A DNA stretch of 64,000 nt from Myxococcota bacterium (GCA_039028615.1 JBCCHT010000002.1:320001-384000), one strand, 5' to 3'; counted from the first letter of the stretch, positions 31,955 to 41,746 are shown. Numbers and translations are program-made. The notes: a model not told the origin generated them from the letters alone.

Positions 31955-32881
31955 TCAGTCGCCGAAGACTTCCTCGAGCGTCTTCGCGGTCAGCACCCGC
32001 TCGACCCATCGATCGAGCTGCTCGAGCCCCGCCCCGTGCACGCGCGCTTGCGCGGCCGAGGGCAGCTCGCCGAACTTCAACTGTAGCAGCCGAAGAAGAA
32101 CCCTGGCTTCGCCTTCCATCCGGAGCTCGTCCAGAAAGTCGATCGCCTCGGCTTCGACCTCGGGCTTCATCATGCTCATGATCGTCTCCAACTCCTGCCG
32201 GTAGGCTCTTCCAATATACGTCCAAAATGGCCGAAGTGCTTCGGGGCCGCGCTCGGACCGCAGTTCGATAAACAGCCGGCCCAACCGGTCCCCTCGTTCC
32301 CGGCCGGACAGGCTCCGGGATACCGCAACCAACGCCGCGCGCGACACGACATCGCAGACCGCACGCGCCTGCTCGAAGCGGTCGAGCTGCCGTGGCCCGA
32401 GTTCGAGGACTTCCATCCGCAGCTCCACGTGGGCTCCGCCGTCGACCACGGGCGGGGTGCACAGCTCGGACAACCGCCGCGCCTTGGTCCACCGCCCACC
32501 CGTGTAGAGCAACACCGGGATCACGTACGGCAACCGGTCACGCGGAACGTCTGGCCGCTCGCGATACTGCCGCAGCGCGTTGTTGCAGTACGAGTGCATG
32601 CGCAACGGCATCATCGCGTCCTCGGTGGTCTGGTTTTCCCACAGGCAATAGACCAGTGCGTCCCCTGCCCCACGGACCTTCACGTCGAAGACCAGATCGC
32701 TGAAGCTCGCCTTCAGCTCGGCATCGACATAGCTCCCGTTGATCAGCCGTAGCGTAGGCCAGTCGATCTGCGCCCCGAGCTGGGGCGCCATCGCAACGCG
32801 AAGCACGCCCGCGGCGTGCTCGGGTTTGGACAAAATCTCCTTCAGGAACAGGTCGTGAGGAGGTCGACGGGGAGAGGCCAT
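31955..32881 (-). CDS. Rpn family recombination-promoting nuclease / YhgA-like protein with DUF4351-like tail
   Basis: PHDLFLK, SDLVF, ENQT..D..MPLRM..Y, LP.VIPVLLY; C-terminal LLQLKFGELP...LDRWVERVL. Confidence 0.88.
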   Translation of the reverse strand: MASPRRPPHDLFLKEILSKPEHAAGVLRVAMAPQLGAQIDWPTLRLINGSYVDAELKASFSDLVFDVKVRGAGDALVYCLWENQTTEDAMMPLRMHSYCNNALRQYRERPDVPRDRLPYVIPVLLYTGGRWTKARRLSELCTPPVVDGGAHVELRMEVLELGPRQLDRFEQARAVCDVVSRAALVAVSRSLSGRERGDRLGRLFIELRSERGPEALRPFWTYIGRAYRQELETIMSMMKPEVEAEAIDFLDELRMEGEARVLLRLLQLKFGELPSAAQARVHGAGLEQLDRWVERVLTAKTLEEVFGD

Positions 32882-32929
32882 GGCTCCCCCTCACCTAGTG
32901 AGGACCAGCCCTGGTCGTGGACACCGAAT

Positions 32930-33589
32930 CTACTCGGACGAGCCGTCGCCAGGGCCGGAGGTCAGCGCCGGAGTCACGCGGAACGCCGACGCCTGCAGCT
33001 CGTTGTCTCCCAGCTCGTGGGGCAACAAGACGCCATACGCCTCCTCCATGAGCTTGCGACCGGTTCGACGCGTGCGGAGGAAGCGAAGCGGCTCTTGGAT
33101 CAACGGAGCGGCCCCGAGCGCCATCAGCCACAGCGACCCGCCGAGACCGATGATGGTGGCCATACACACCAGGAAGAACGCCAACATGCCGAACTGAAAC
33201 AGGGTGGCGCGCGAGGTCAGCGGATGCTTGCGCCGAACCATGCTCACCCGCGTGCCCCGTGGCTCCGGCTCGAAGCGAACCTCGAGCATGTCGGGGTACG
33301 GGGTGGGCTCCAGGTGACCACGAAACCCTCGCCGGTTGGGCCGGCGCCACAAGACGACTCGATCGTCGTGGCGCTCGTAGAAGAACCGACCGTCGAAGTA
33401 GACGCGCATCAGCGGGGTATCTTGGTCGAGCCGTCGCTCCTCGAACCCGGCTCGGCCGGCGAGCAGATCGATGAGCTCGCTGACCGACAGCCCGACGAGC
33501 AAATCCCGCCTCGCGGCCGCGGCCCGAACCGCCTTGCGAGACACGAGAGTCGTGGGCGGGTCGCCCGTAAGCGCGCTGCTCATCCGCAA
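32930..33589 (-). CDS. Hypothetical membrane protein
   Basis: Gap-filling ORF with a hydrophobic hairpin near the C-terminus. Confidence 0.6.
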   Translation of the reverse strand: MRMSSALTGDPPTTLVSRKAVRAAAARRDLLVGLSVSELIDLLAGRAGFEERRLDQDTPLMRVYFDGRFFYERHDDRVVLWRRPNRRGFRGHLEPTPYPDMLEVRFEPEPRGTRVSMVRRKHPLTSRATLFQFGMLAFFLVCMATIIGLGGSLWLMALGAAPLIQEPLRFLRTRRTGRKLMEEAYGVLLPHELGDNELQASAFRVTPALTSGPGDGSSE

Positions 33590-33694
33590 GCGGTAGCACG
33601 AAGGACACGGTGTCGCCCTCGCCGATTTTCGCCGGCCCCAGAGTTCACCGCGTCGCGACGCAATCGCAGGCCCGTAGAGCCGACGTTCGGCCCC

Positions 33695-33736
33695 AAAAAA
33701 AGGAGCGGGCCTTGCTCGAAAAAGAGCAAGGCCCGC
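33695..33736 (-). terminator. Intrinsic terminator of the atu-like operon
   Basis: GCGGGCCTTGCTC-gaaaaa-GAGCAAGGCCCGC perfect 13-bp stem, with a T7 run 3 nt past the stem on the minus strand. Confidence 0.85.
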
Positions 33737-33757
33737 CGCTTCGACCGAACTCCGCCG

Positions 33758-34633
33758 CTACTTCGCGGGCTGAAGCCCCATCGCCGCCCGGGCTTCGGCC
33801 GGCGACGCGACCTCGCGACCGGCTTGCCGAGCACACTTCACCATGGCCTCGATCAGGTCGCCATTGCCTCGCGCTCGCTCGCCGTCGGGCAGGTAAAAGG
33901 TGTCCTCGAGCCCCGTGCGCAGCGAGCCCCCGAGCTCGGCGGCCCGCTGATGCAGCGGCCACACGTCCTGGCGACCGATGGCGGTGACCTCCCACGAGCA
34001 GCCCTCGCGACGGTAGTCGATGAGCAGCGGCAGCAGGCGTGGGTCGGCGGGCATGCCCGAGGCCACCCCCATCACGAAGTTGTAGTGCGGGCTCTTGGCC
34101 ATGCCGACGTCGGAGAACAACCCCACCGAGCGCACGATGCCCACGTCGAAGCACTCGAACTCCGGCATCGCGTCGACTTCCTTCATGATGTCGAGCATCT
34201 CCTGGATCTTGGAGACCGGGTTGTCGAACACCATCGGCGGCCACGCCCAGGTCCCGGCGCGCCGAGCCTTGAGGTAGTTGAGGCTGCCCGCGTTGCAAGC
34301 CGCAATCTCGGGGCGTACCAGCTTCATCGCCTCGACCGGGCCGGACACGTCCTTGCCCACGACCCCGGTAGTCATGTTGATGATCACGCCGGGGCAGGCC
34401 TCGCGCACCGCCTTGGTGATCTCCGCGCAGATGGTCGGATCCCACGTGGGCATGTGCCCCATGCCCGGATCCTGGCTGCGGTAGTGCAGGTGCATGATGG
34501 TGGCCCCCGCGTCGAAGGCCTCCTTGGCCGACGCGGCCATCTGCTCGACCGTGACCGGAACGGGATGCTGCTTGGGGTTGGTGAGCACCCCGGTCACCGC
34601 ACAGGTGATGATCGCCTTGTCTGATTCGCTCAT
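33758..34633 (-). CDS. Beta-keto acid cleavage enzyme (BKACE/DUF849, Kce-like)
   Basis: IITCAVTG, GATIMHLHYR (HxH), RTGLEDT motifs. Confidence 0.92.
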   Translation of the reverse strand: MSESDKAIITCAVTGVLTNPKQHPVPVTVEQMAASAKEAFDAGATIMHLHYRSQDPGMGHMPTWDPTICAEITKAVREACPGVIINMTTGVVGKDVSGPVEAMKLVRPEIAACNAGSLNYLKARRAGTWAWPPMVFDNPVSKIQEMLDIMKEVDAMPEFECFDVGIVRSVGLFSDVGMAKSPHYNFVMGVASGMPADPRLLPLLIDYRREGCSWEVTAIGRQDVWPLHQRAAELGGSLRTGLEDTFYLPDGERARGNGDLIEAMVKCARQAGREVASPAEARAAMGLQPAK

Positions 34634-36624
34634 CCGTCGTTCTCCGTCTCTTCGAGGGTCAGCTGGGCGACGATTTGTCGCGCGCTGACCTGGTCACCCT
34701 CGGCGATGGACACCGCGGCCACGACCCCGTCCGCGGGGGCCGGCACGCGATGCTCCATCTTCATGGCCTCCAAGATCAGCAAGGGCTGACCGCGCTCGAC
34801 GGACTCGCCCGCCGCTACGAGCACGGAGACCACCCGTCCGCCGATCGGCGCCCGGACTTGGCCGTCCCCGTCCTCGCCTTCGTCGGAGGACCCGCGAGGA
34901 GGCGGCTCGTGGAAGCTGAAGGCCGAGCCCGCCTCGTCGACGGCAATCCCGTCGTCGAGCATCGCGACCGACAGCCGCTTGCGCACGCCGCTCGTCTCCA
35001 CGACGACCTGCTCGGCCCCGTGCTCGACGACCCGGAGCTCGAGGGCATCGCCTTCGCGCGCGCCCTCGACTCGGAACTTCCCGCCGCCGTCGTGCTGGAC
35101 GCGTAGCGTGCGTTGGTCCTCGCGCTGCCGTAGGAACACCGGCCACGCGGGGTTCCCCGTGCTCCTCCACGGCCACGGATCGAGCCGCGCCTCGGGACGC
35201 GCGGGGTCCAGACCCGAGCGCACGACGGCCGCGACCGCCCACGACAGCGCCGAGGGCTCCGGTCGCTGCGGAGGATCGTCCGCCAGCATCTTGTCGATGG
35301 CATCGGTGGTGATGGTGCCCGCCACCACTGGTTCGCTGTCGAGCAGCTCGACGAGGAAGTCGCGGTTGCTGCCGACCCCGAGCAAGACGCTCTTGCGAAT
35401 GGCCGCCACCAGGCGGCGCCGCGCCAGCTCGCGTGTCTTGCCGTAGCCGATGAGCTTGGCGATCATCGAGTCGTAGAACGGCGAGATGGTCTGCCCGGAA
35501 CGAACCCCATCGTCGACGCGCACTCCGGTGCCCTGGTACGGCCGCCACGCCGCGATCCGCCCCAGCTGCGGCGCAAACCCGGCGTAGGGGTCCTCGGCGT
35601 AGATCCGAGCCTCGATGGCGTGCCCCTCCATCCGCAGGTCCTCCTGAGCCAGCGGCAGAGGCTCGCCCTCGGCCACCCGCAGCTGCAGCTCGACCAGGTC
35701 GAGCCCCGTCACCATCTCGGTCACCGGGTGCTCCACCTGCAGGCGCGTGTTCATCTCGAGGAAATAGTAGTTGCCGTCGTCATCCAGCAGGAACTCGACG
35801 GTGCCCGCTCCCTCGTAGCCGATGGCCTTGGCCGCCGCGACGGCTGCTCCGCCCATCGAGGCCCGCAGCGTCTCGTCGACCGCGGGCGACGGCGCCTCTT
35901 CGAGCACCTTCTGGTGCCGACGCTGCGCCGAGCATTCCCGCTCGCCGAGGTGAATCGCATTGCCGTGCGTATCGGCGAAGACCTGGATCTCGACGTGCCG
36001 GGCCCCTTCGACCAGCCGCTCCAAGAACAGGTCGCCGCGACCGAACGCATTGGTGGCCTCCGAGCGGGCGCTGGCGATGGCATCCGCCAGCTCGCCGATC
36101 TCCCGGACCACCCGCATACCTCGACCACCGCCGCCCGCGACGGCCTTGACCAAGACCGGCATCCCGATGGCCTCCGCCTCCGCGCGCAGCGTGGCGTCGT
36201 CCTGGTCCTCGCCCAGGTAGGCGGGAGCCGTGGGCACCTCCGCGTCGATCATGCGGCGCTTGGCCTGCACCTTGTCGCCCATCAAGCGAATCGCCGACTC
36301 GGGCGGACCCACGAACGTGATGCCCGCGTCCACGCAGGCCTTGGCCAGGTCGCCGTTCTCCGAGAGGAAGCCGTAGCCGGGGTGGAGCGCATCGGCCCCC
36401 GTCCGCGCCACCGCGTCCATGATCCGCGCCAGGTCGAGATACGACTCGGCCGCGGGCCCCGGACCCAGGCACACCGATTCGTCCGCCTCGGCGACGTGCG
36501 GCGCCTCTTCGTCGGCTTCGCTGAAGACGGCGACCGTCGCGATTCCCAGGTCACGCGCGGAGCGGATCACCCGGCGGGCAATCTCGCCGCGATTGGCGAT
36601 GAGCAGCTTTCGAATACCCGGCAC
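34630..36624 (-). CDS. atuF: Acyl-CoA carboxylase alpha subunit (biotin carboxylase plus BCCP), geranyl-CoA carboxylase-like
   Basis: ANRGEIA, HPGYGFLSEN, EMNTRLQVEH, EAMKM; atuF assignment from gene order. Confidence 0.85.
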   Translation of the reverse strand: MPGIRKLLIANRGEIARRVIRSARDLGIATVAVFSEADEEAPHVAEADESVCLGPGPAAESYLDLARIMDAVARTGADALHPGYGFLSENGDLAKACVDAGITFVGPPESAIRLMGDKVQAKRRMIDAEVPTAPAYLGEDQDDATLRAEAEAIGMPVLVKAVAGGGGRGMRVVREIGELADAIASARSEATNAFGRGDLFLERLVEGARHVEIQVFADTHGNAIHLGERECSAQRRHQKVLEEAPSPAVDETLRASMGGAAVAAAKAIGYEGAGTVEFLLDDDGNYYFLEMNTRLQVEHPVTEMVTGLDLVELQLRVAEGEPLPLAQEDLRMEGHAIEARIYAEDPYAGFAPQLGRIAAWRPYQGTGVRVDDGVRSGQTISPFYDSMIAKLIGYGKTRELARRRLVAAIRKSVLLGVGSNRDFLVELLDSEPVVAGTITTDAIDKMLADDPPQRPEPSALSWAVAAVVRSGLDPARPEARLDPWPWRSTGNPAWPVFLRQREDQRTLRVQHDGGGKFRVEGAREGDALELRVVEHGAEQVVVETSGVRKRLSVAMLDDGIAVDEAGSAFSFHEPPPRGSSDEGEDGDGQVRAPIGGRVVSVLVAAGESVERGQPLLILEAMKMEHRVPAPADGVVAAVSIAEGDQVSARQIVAQLTLEETENDG

Positions 36625-36633
36625 GGTCAGACC

Positions 36634-37476
36634 CTAGGACTTTCCGCCGTCGGCCCAATGGGGCGGGCGTTTTTGAATGAACGCAGTCATACCTTCGGTG
36701 CCCTCGGGCCCCCTCGCCTGCTCGGCGAACTTCTGGGCGCCCTCGTCGAGCACGGCGTCGTGGTCGATGGCTCCGACCTGCAACATCAGGTGCTTGGTCG
36801 CCGCGATCGCTCCGGGAGCACAGCGACGAATCTGCTTGAGGATGCCTTGGAGGATCTGGTCGACCTCGTCGTCGTTCGTGGCCAGCTCGTGCACCAAGCC
36901 CATGGCATGGGCGGCGGCGCCGTCGAAGCGCCCACCGGTCACCGCGAGCCGTCGCGCCTGCGACAGACCCAGCCGACGGACCAAGAACGGCGCGATCTGA
37001 GCCGGCGGCAGCCCCAAGCCGGTCTCCGGCAAGCCGAACTTCGCGTCGTTCTTGGCGATGGCCACGTCGGCGACGCACGCCAGACCAAAGCCCCCGCCGA
37101 GCACCGCCCCTTCGAGCACCGCGACCACGGCCTGCGGCGCTCGATCGAACGCGGTGATCATGCGACCGAAAGCCCGGTTCACCTCGGCGACCGGGTCCTT
37201 CTCGCCCTCGGCCGGCATGTTCATGCGCGCCTTGGCCATGTCCTTGACGTCACCACCCGCGCAGAAGTGCCCTCCGGCGCCGCGCAGCACCAAGGCCCGC
37301 ACGTCGCGACGATCGAGGATCGCCTCGAGCAAGGCCTCGAGCTCCCCCACCATCTGGAGGCTCATCGCATTGCGAGACTCCGGCCGGTTCAGGGTGACGT
37401 GCAGGACCCCGGTCTCGTCCTTGCTCAGGAGGAGATGCTCGGGGCTCAGCTCTTCGAGTCGCCCGTCCTCACTCAT
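36634..37476 (-). CDS. atuE: Enoyl-CoA hydratase, isohexenylglutaconyl-CoA hydratase-like
   Basis: LNRPESRNA, FCAGGD, GGGFGLAC, LPETGLG.PAQIAPF. Confidence 0.82.
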   Translation of the reverse strand: MSEDGRLEELSPEHLLLSKDETGVLHVTLNRPESRNAMSLQMVGELEALLEAILDRRDVRALVLRGAGGHFCAGGDVKDMAKARMNMPAEGEKDPVAEVNRAFGRMITAFDRAPQAVVAVLEGAVLGGGFGLACVADVAIAKNDAKFGLPETGLGLPPAQIAPFLVRRLGLSQARRLAVTGGRFDGAAAHAMGLVHELATNDDEVDQILQGILKQIRRCAPGAIAATKHLMLQVGAIDHDAVLDEGAQKFAEQARGPEGTEGMTAFIQKRPPHWADGGKS

Positions 37477-38645
37477 CAGCTCTTGGCCTTCTTCTTGCTG
37501 GGCAAGATGCCCATGAGTTTGCAGATGATCGACATCATCACCTCGTCCGCACCACCACCGATGGAGACCAGACGCCCGTCACGGAAGAAGCGCGACACCT
37601 TGGACTCGGCCATGTAGCCCATGCCGCCCCAGAACTGCAGGCACGTGTCGGCGACCTCGCGCGCGAGCCGGCCCGACTTGAGCTTCGCCATGGACGCCAG
37701 CTTCGTGACGTCCTTGCCGCTGATATAAAGCTCGGTCGCCTGGTAGGTCAGGGCGCGCAGAGCCTCGATCTCGGTCGCCAGCTCGGCCAGTTTGAAGTGC
37801 ACCCACTGGTGGTCGAGCACCGACTTGCCGAACACCTGGCGATCGCCCGTGTACTCGATGGTCGCGGAGAGCACCTGGTCGAGCCCGCCGATGACGTTGG
37901 CCGCGCCCCACAGCCGCTCCTCTTGGAACTGGATCATCTGGAAGGTGAAGCCGTGCCCCTCCTGGCCGATGATGTTGCGCGCCGGCACCCGCACGTCGTC
38001 GAAGCGAATCTCGGCGGTGTCCGAGGAGGCCATGCCGATCTTCTTGAGCTTGCGAAACCGGACCACGCCCTTGGCGTCCATGGGCACGATGATCAGGCTC
38101 TTGTTGCGATGCGGCGCCCCCTCGGAGGTGTTGGCGAGGCAGCACATCCAGTCCGCCTGCATGCCGTTGGTGATCCACATCTTGCCGCCGTTGATCACCC
38201 ACTCGTCGCCCACCCGACGTGCCTTGGTCTTGATCGCGGCTACGTCCGAGCCCGCGCCCGGCTCGCTGACCCCGATGCACCCCACCCGATCGCCGGAGAT
38301 CGACGGCACCAGGAACTCCTGCTTGAGCTCCTCGCTCCCGAATTTGGCCAACGCCGGGGTGCACATGTCCGTCTGTACGCCGATGGCCATGCCCACGCCG
38401 CCAGTGTGCATACGTCGACCAAAAGTCTCGGCCATGATCACCGAGTACGAGTAGTCGAGCCCCAGCCCGCCGTAGGCCTCGGGCTTGGTCACCCCGAGGT
38501 ACCCTTGATCGCCCAGCTTCTTGAAGACCTCATGGGCGGGGAAGATCTCTTCTTCCTCCCACTTGTCGGCATGGGGATTGATCTCCCGCTCGATGAATTT
38601 GGCCAGGTTGTCCCGCAGCTGCTCGTGCTCGTCAGTGAGTTTCAT
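37476..38645 (-). CDS. atuD: Acyl-CoA dehydrogenase, citronellyl-CoA dehydrogenase-like
   Basis: GVSEPGAGSDV, KMWITNG, QTDMCTPAL, SIGGGADE. Confidence 0.85.
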   Translation of the reverse strand: MKLTDEHEQLRDNLAKFIEREINPHADKWEEEEIFPAHEVFKKLGDQGYLGVTKPEAYGGLGLDYSYSVIMAETFGRRMHTGGVGMAIGVQTDMCTPALAKFGSEELKQEFLVPSISGDRVGCIGVSEPGAGSDVAAIKTKARRVGDEWVINGGKMWITNGMQADWMCCLANTSEGAPHRNKSLIIVPMDAKGVVRFRKLKKIGMASSDTAEIRFDDVRVPARNIIGQEGHGFTFQMIQFQEERLWGAANVIGGLDQVLSATIEYTGDRQVFGKSVLDHQWVHFKLAELATEIEALRALTYQATELYISGKDVTKLASMAKLKSGRLAREVADTCLQFWGGMGYMAESKVSRFFRDGRLVSIGGGADEVMMSIICKLMGILPSKKKAKS

Positions 38646-38672
38646 GGCTTCGCTCCTGGTCGTGCTCGCGCC

Positions 38673-40295
38673 TCACAGGCGCGCCACACCGAAAGTGTTG
38701 GGACGGAGCTGACGCGCCTGCGACTCGCGACAAATCGCGAGGGTGGTCGCCAGTACCCGTCGGGTATCACGGGGGTCGATGACGCCGTCGTCCCACAGCC
38801 GGGCCGTGGCAAAGAGGGCGTCGGACTCTGAGTCCAGCTTGTCGCGAATGGCCCCGGTCATCTTGGCCATGTTCTCGTCATCGATGTCCACGCCCTGTCG
38901 CTTGAACTTGGCGCGGGTGATGATCTCCATGACCTTGGCCGCCTGCTCGCCGCCCATCACCGAGATGCGCGCGTTGGGCCAAGCGAAGATGAAGCGCGGG
39001 TCGAAGGAACGACCACACATGCCGTAGTTGCCGGCTCCGAAGGCTCCGCCGAGCAAGATCGTGATCTGCGGGACGCTGGCGTTGGCCACCGCCTGGATCA
39101 TCTTGGCGCCGTGCTTGACGATGCCCGCCGCCTCGGCGTCGGTGCCCACCATGTAGCCGGTGGTGTTCTGCAGGTAGATGATGGGCGTGCCCGACTGGCA
39201 GCAGGCCTGAATGAAGTGCCCGGCCTTGGCCGCGCCCTCGGGGAAGATCGGCCCGTTGTTGCCGATGATGCCCACCGCCTGGCCCTCGATGCGAGCGTGA
39301 CCACAGACAGTCTGCGCTCCATATAGAGGTTTGAAGTCGAGGAAGTCCGAGCCGTCGACGATGCGGGCGATGACCTCGCGGACGTCGTAGGGCTGGCGAT
39401 AGTCGACCGGCACCACGCCCAGGAGTTCTTCGGCATCGAAGCGCGGGGGCTGGCTCTCCCGACGCTCCAGCGGTCCGCGCTGGTCTTCGTCCCACGGGAT
39501 CTTGCCCATCAGCTCGCGGGCAATCTCGAGGGCGTGGGCGTCGTCCTGGGCCATGTACTCGGCCGTCCCCGACACGCTCATGTGCATCTGCGCCCCGCCG
39601 AGCGTCTCCTCGTCGGCATCCTCGCCGAGCGCCGCCTTCACCAAGGGCGGGCCGGCCAGGAAGATCCGGCTGCGCTCCTTGACCACGATGACGTAGTCGG
39701 ACAACCCGGGGATATAGGCCCCGCCCGCCGTCGACGACCCGTGCACCACCGTCACCTGCGGCAAGCCGGCCGCGGACAGTCGCGCCATGTTGGCGAACAC
39801 CCGGCCGCCCTCGACGAACAGCTCGCTCTGGTACAGCAGGTTGGCGCCTGCGCTCTCGACCAGGCTGATGCAGGGGAGCCGGTTGTCGAGCGCGATCTCC
39901 TGCGCCCGCAGGCTCTTGCGCAGGCCCATCGGCGAGATGGCGCCGCCCTTGATGGCCGAGTCCGAGGCGCTGACCATGCAGCGTCGACCCGCCACGAAGC
40001 CGATGCCGATGACGTTGGAGCCGCCCGAGATCGAGCGCTTCCCGTCGTCGTCGTGCATCTTGTAGCCCGCGAGCGTCGAGAACTCGAGGAAGGGCGAGCC
40101 GCGGTCGAGCAGCCGAGTGACGCGCTCGCGAGGCAGCAGCTGCCCCCGCTTGTCGTACTTGGCCTGCTTGGTCGCGGAGTGGGCCCGAACCTTGGCCTCG
40201 AGCTCGCGAAATTGGTCGACGAGCGCGAGCATCTTGCCGCGGTTGTCCGCGAACGCCTCGCTCCGAGTATCGATGGACGATGACAGCACGGGCAT
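38673..40295 (-). CDS. atuC: Acyl-CoA carboxylase beta (carboxyltransferase) subunit, geranyl-CoA carboxylase-like
   Basis: LLPRER, ESAGANL, STAGGAY, GAGNYGMCGR, DDGVIDPRDTR. Confidence 0.85.
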   Translation of the reverse strand: MPVLSSSIDTRSEAFADNRGKMLALVDQFRELEAKVRAHSATKQAKYDKRGQLLPRERVTRLLDRGSPFLEFSTLAGYKMHDDDGKRSISGGSNVIGIGFVAGRRCMVSASDSAIKGGAISPMGLRKSLRAQEIALDNRLPCISLVESAGANLLYQSELFVEGGRVFANMARLSAAGLPQVTVVHGSSTAGGAYIPGLSDYVIVVKERSRIFLAGPPLVKAALGEDADEETLGGAQMHMSVSGTAEYMAQDDAHALEIARELMGKIPWDEDQRGPLERRESQPPRFDAEELLGVVPVDYRQPYDVREVIARIVDGSDFLDFKPLYGAQTVCGHARIEGQAVGIIGNNGPIFPEGAAKAGHFIQACCQSGTPIIYLQNTTGYMVGTDAEAAGIVKHGAKMIQAVANASVPQITILLGGAFGAGNYGMCGRSFDPRFIFAWPNARISVMGGEQAAKVMEIITRAKFKRQGVDIDDENMAKMTGAIRDKLDSESDALFATARLWDDGVIDPRDTRRVLATTLAICRESQARQLRPNTFGVARL

Positions 40296-40304
40296 GGATT
40301 CGCC

Positions 40305-41189
40305 TCAGTCTTTCTTGGGCTCGCCGTCGCCCCCGAGGATCTTGGGCACGACCGCGCGATGAAAACCCTGGTACGGCTCGCTCTTGGACTTCGCGGGCGA
40401 GGGCCAGTGCAGGCTGGCCAGCGGCGCGCCTCCGTCGACCTTGATGGTCTCACCGGTGACGAAGGCCGAAGCCTCGCTGAGCAAGTAACAGATCGCCGAG
40501 CTGACCTCGGCCTCGGTGGCCAGGCGCTTGAGCGGCACCGAGTCGCGGAGCTTGGGGATCATGGCCTTGACCGGCCCGGAGTAAGTATCGAGCCCGCTGC
40601 TGGCCACCCAACCCGGCGCGACCGCGTTGACGCGAACCCCGTCCGGCGCCCACTCGATGGCCGCCGTCTGGGTCAGGTTGATCATCCCCGCCCGAGCCGC
40701 GCCCGAGTGCCCCATCCCCGGCATGCCCTTCCACATGTCGGCGACGATGTTCACGATGCTGCCGCCGTGGTTGTTCATGTGACGGGTGAACAGCTCGCGC
40801 GCGACGAGGAAGCCGCCCACCAAGTTGGTGCGGACCACCGTCTCGAAGCCCTTTTGATTGATGAGGGCCAGCGGCGCGGGGAACTGCCCGCCCGCGTTGT
40901 TCACCAACCCGTGCACTCGGCCCCGACGCTCGATGATGCCCCCGATGACCTCGGCGACTTTCTCCTCGGCGCGGATGTCCAAGACATCCCAGTCGGCCGA
41001 GCCACCGTCTTCGGTGATCTCGGCGGCGACCCGCTCGAGCTTGTCCTGCTTGCGGCCGATCAGGACGACATGGGCTCCCAATGAGGCCAGCTCATGTGCC
41101 GTGCAGCGGCCGATGCCGCTACCGCCCCCAGTGACGATGATGCTCTGACCCGCGAACAGGTCGGTACGAAACACGGAACGGTAGGTCAT
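40305..41189 (-). CDS. atuB: SDR oxidoreductase, citronellol/citronellal dehydrogenase-like
   Basis: YRSVFRTDLF, TGGGSGIG, NNAGGQF, GMGHSGAARAG. Confidence 0.82.
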   Translation of the reverse strand: MTYRSVFRTDLFAGQSIIVTGGGSGIGRCTAHELASLGAHVVLIGRKQDKLERVAAEITEDGGSADWDVLDIRAEEKVAEVIGGIIERRGRVHGLVNNAGGQFPAPLALINQKGFETVVRTNLVGGFLVARELFTRHMNNHGGSIVNIVADMWKGMPGMGHSGAARAGMINLTQTAAIEWAPDGVRVNAVAPGWVASSGLDTYSGPVKAMIPKLRDSVPLKRLATEAEVSSAICYLLSEASAFVTGETIKVDGGAPLASLHWPSPAKSKSEPYQGFHRAVVPKILGGDGEPKKD

Positions 41190-41307
41190 GGATGGCCCAA
41201 GGTCGCTCGCGACGCGGCGCCACCCTACGGCGGACCTCGTCAAAACGGAAGTGTCATTGTGAAAATTCGCCAAAGAACATCGTTATCGGCATTTTATTAC
41301 CTCACAA

Positions 41308-41328
41308 AAGCGTACGACCGTACGGTTG
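41308..41328. promoter_or_regulatory. Overlapping palindromes, candidate repressor operator in the divergent atuB/SCP2 promoter
   Basis: AAGCGTACG-AC-CGTACGGTT and CGACCGTACGGTTG, each with one mismatched pair, beside an AT-rich tract. Confidence 0.55.
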
Positions 41329-41380
41329 GCGCAATCTGCACTTCTGGACGCGCGCCGGATCATGGAGTACGAAGCCCGTG

Positions 41381-41683
41381 ATGAGCGTTGAAGATCTGAC
41401 CAGCAAAATCGCCGAGCGCATGGGCCAGGACTCGGGCCTTGGTGCGATTCTCAAGTTCGACCTGGGCGACGCCGGGGCGATCGTTCTCGACGGCAAGAAT
41501 GACCCGAACTCGGTCAACAACGACGCGTCGACCGAAGCCGACTGCACCGTCGGCGTGAGCCTCGAAGACCTCACCGCCATGATGAGCGGCGACCTCGATC
41601 CCATGGCCGCGTTCTCGCTGGGCAAGCTCCGCATCGAGGGCGACATGGGCGTCGCCATGAAGCTCGGCAGCCTGCTGCAATAA
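41381..41683 (+). CDS. SCP2 sterol/lipid-binding domain protein
   Basis: ADCTV, GDLDPMAAFSLGKLRIEGDMGVAMKL. Confidence 0.93.
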   Translation: MSVEDLTSKIAERMGQDSGLGAILKFDLGDAGAIVLDGKNDPNSVNNDASTEADCTVGVSLEDLTAMMSGDLDPMAAFSLGKLRIEGDMGVAMKLGSLLQ

Positions 41684-41711
41684 GCCGCCGCACCCTCTCT
41701 CGTAAACGAAA

Positions 41712-41746
41712 GAGCCCGAGTCCCTCGCAATCGAGGACTCGGGCTC
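41712..41746. terminator. Terminator hairpin between convergent SCP2 and xth genes
   Basis: GAGCCCGAGTC(C)CTCG-caat-CGAGGACTCGGGCTC; TTTCGTTT follows on the minus strand. Confidence 0.75.

Noticed and set aside
31955..32881. Rpn gene as an insertion sequence
   Set aside because: No terminal inverted repeats or target duplication seen; family is not shown to transpose
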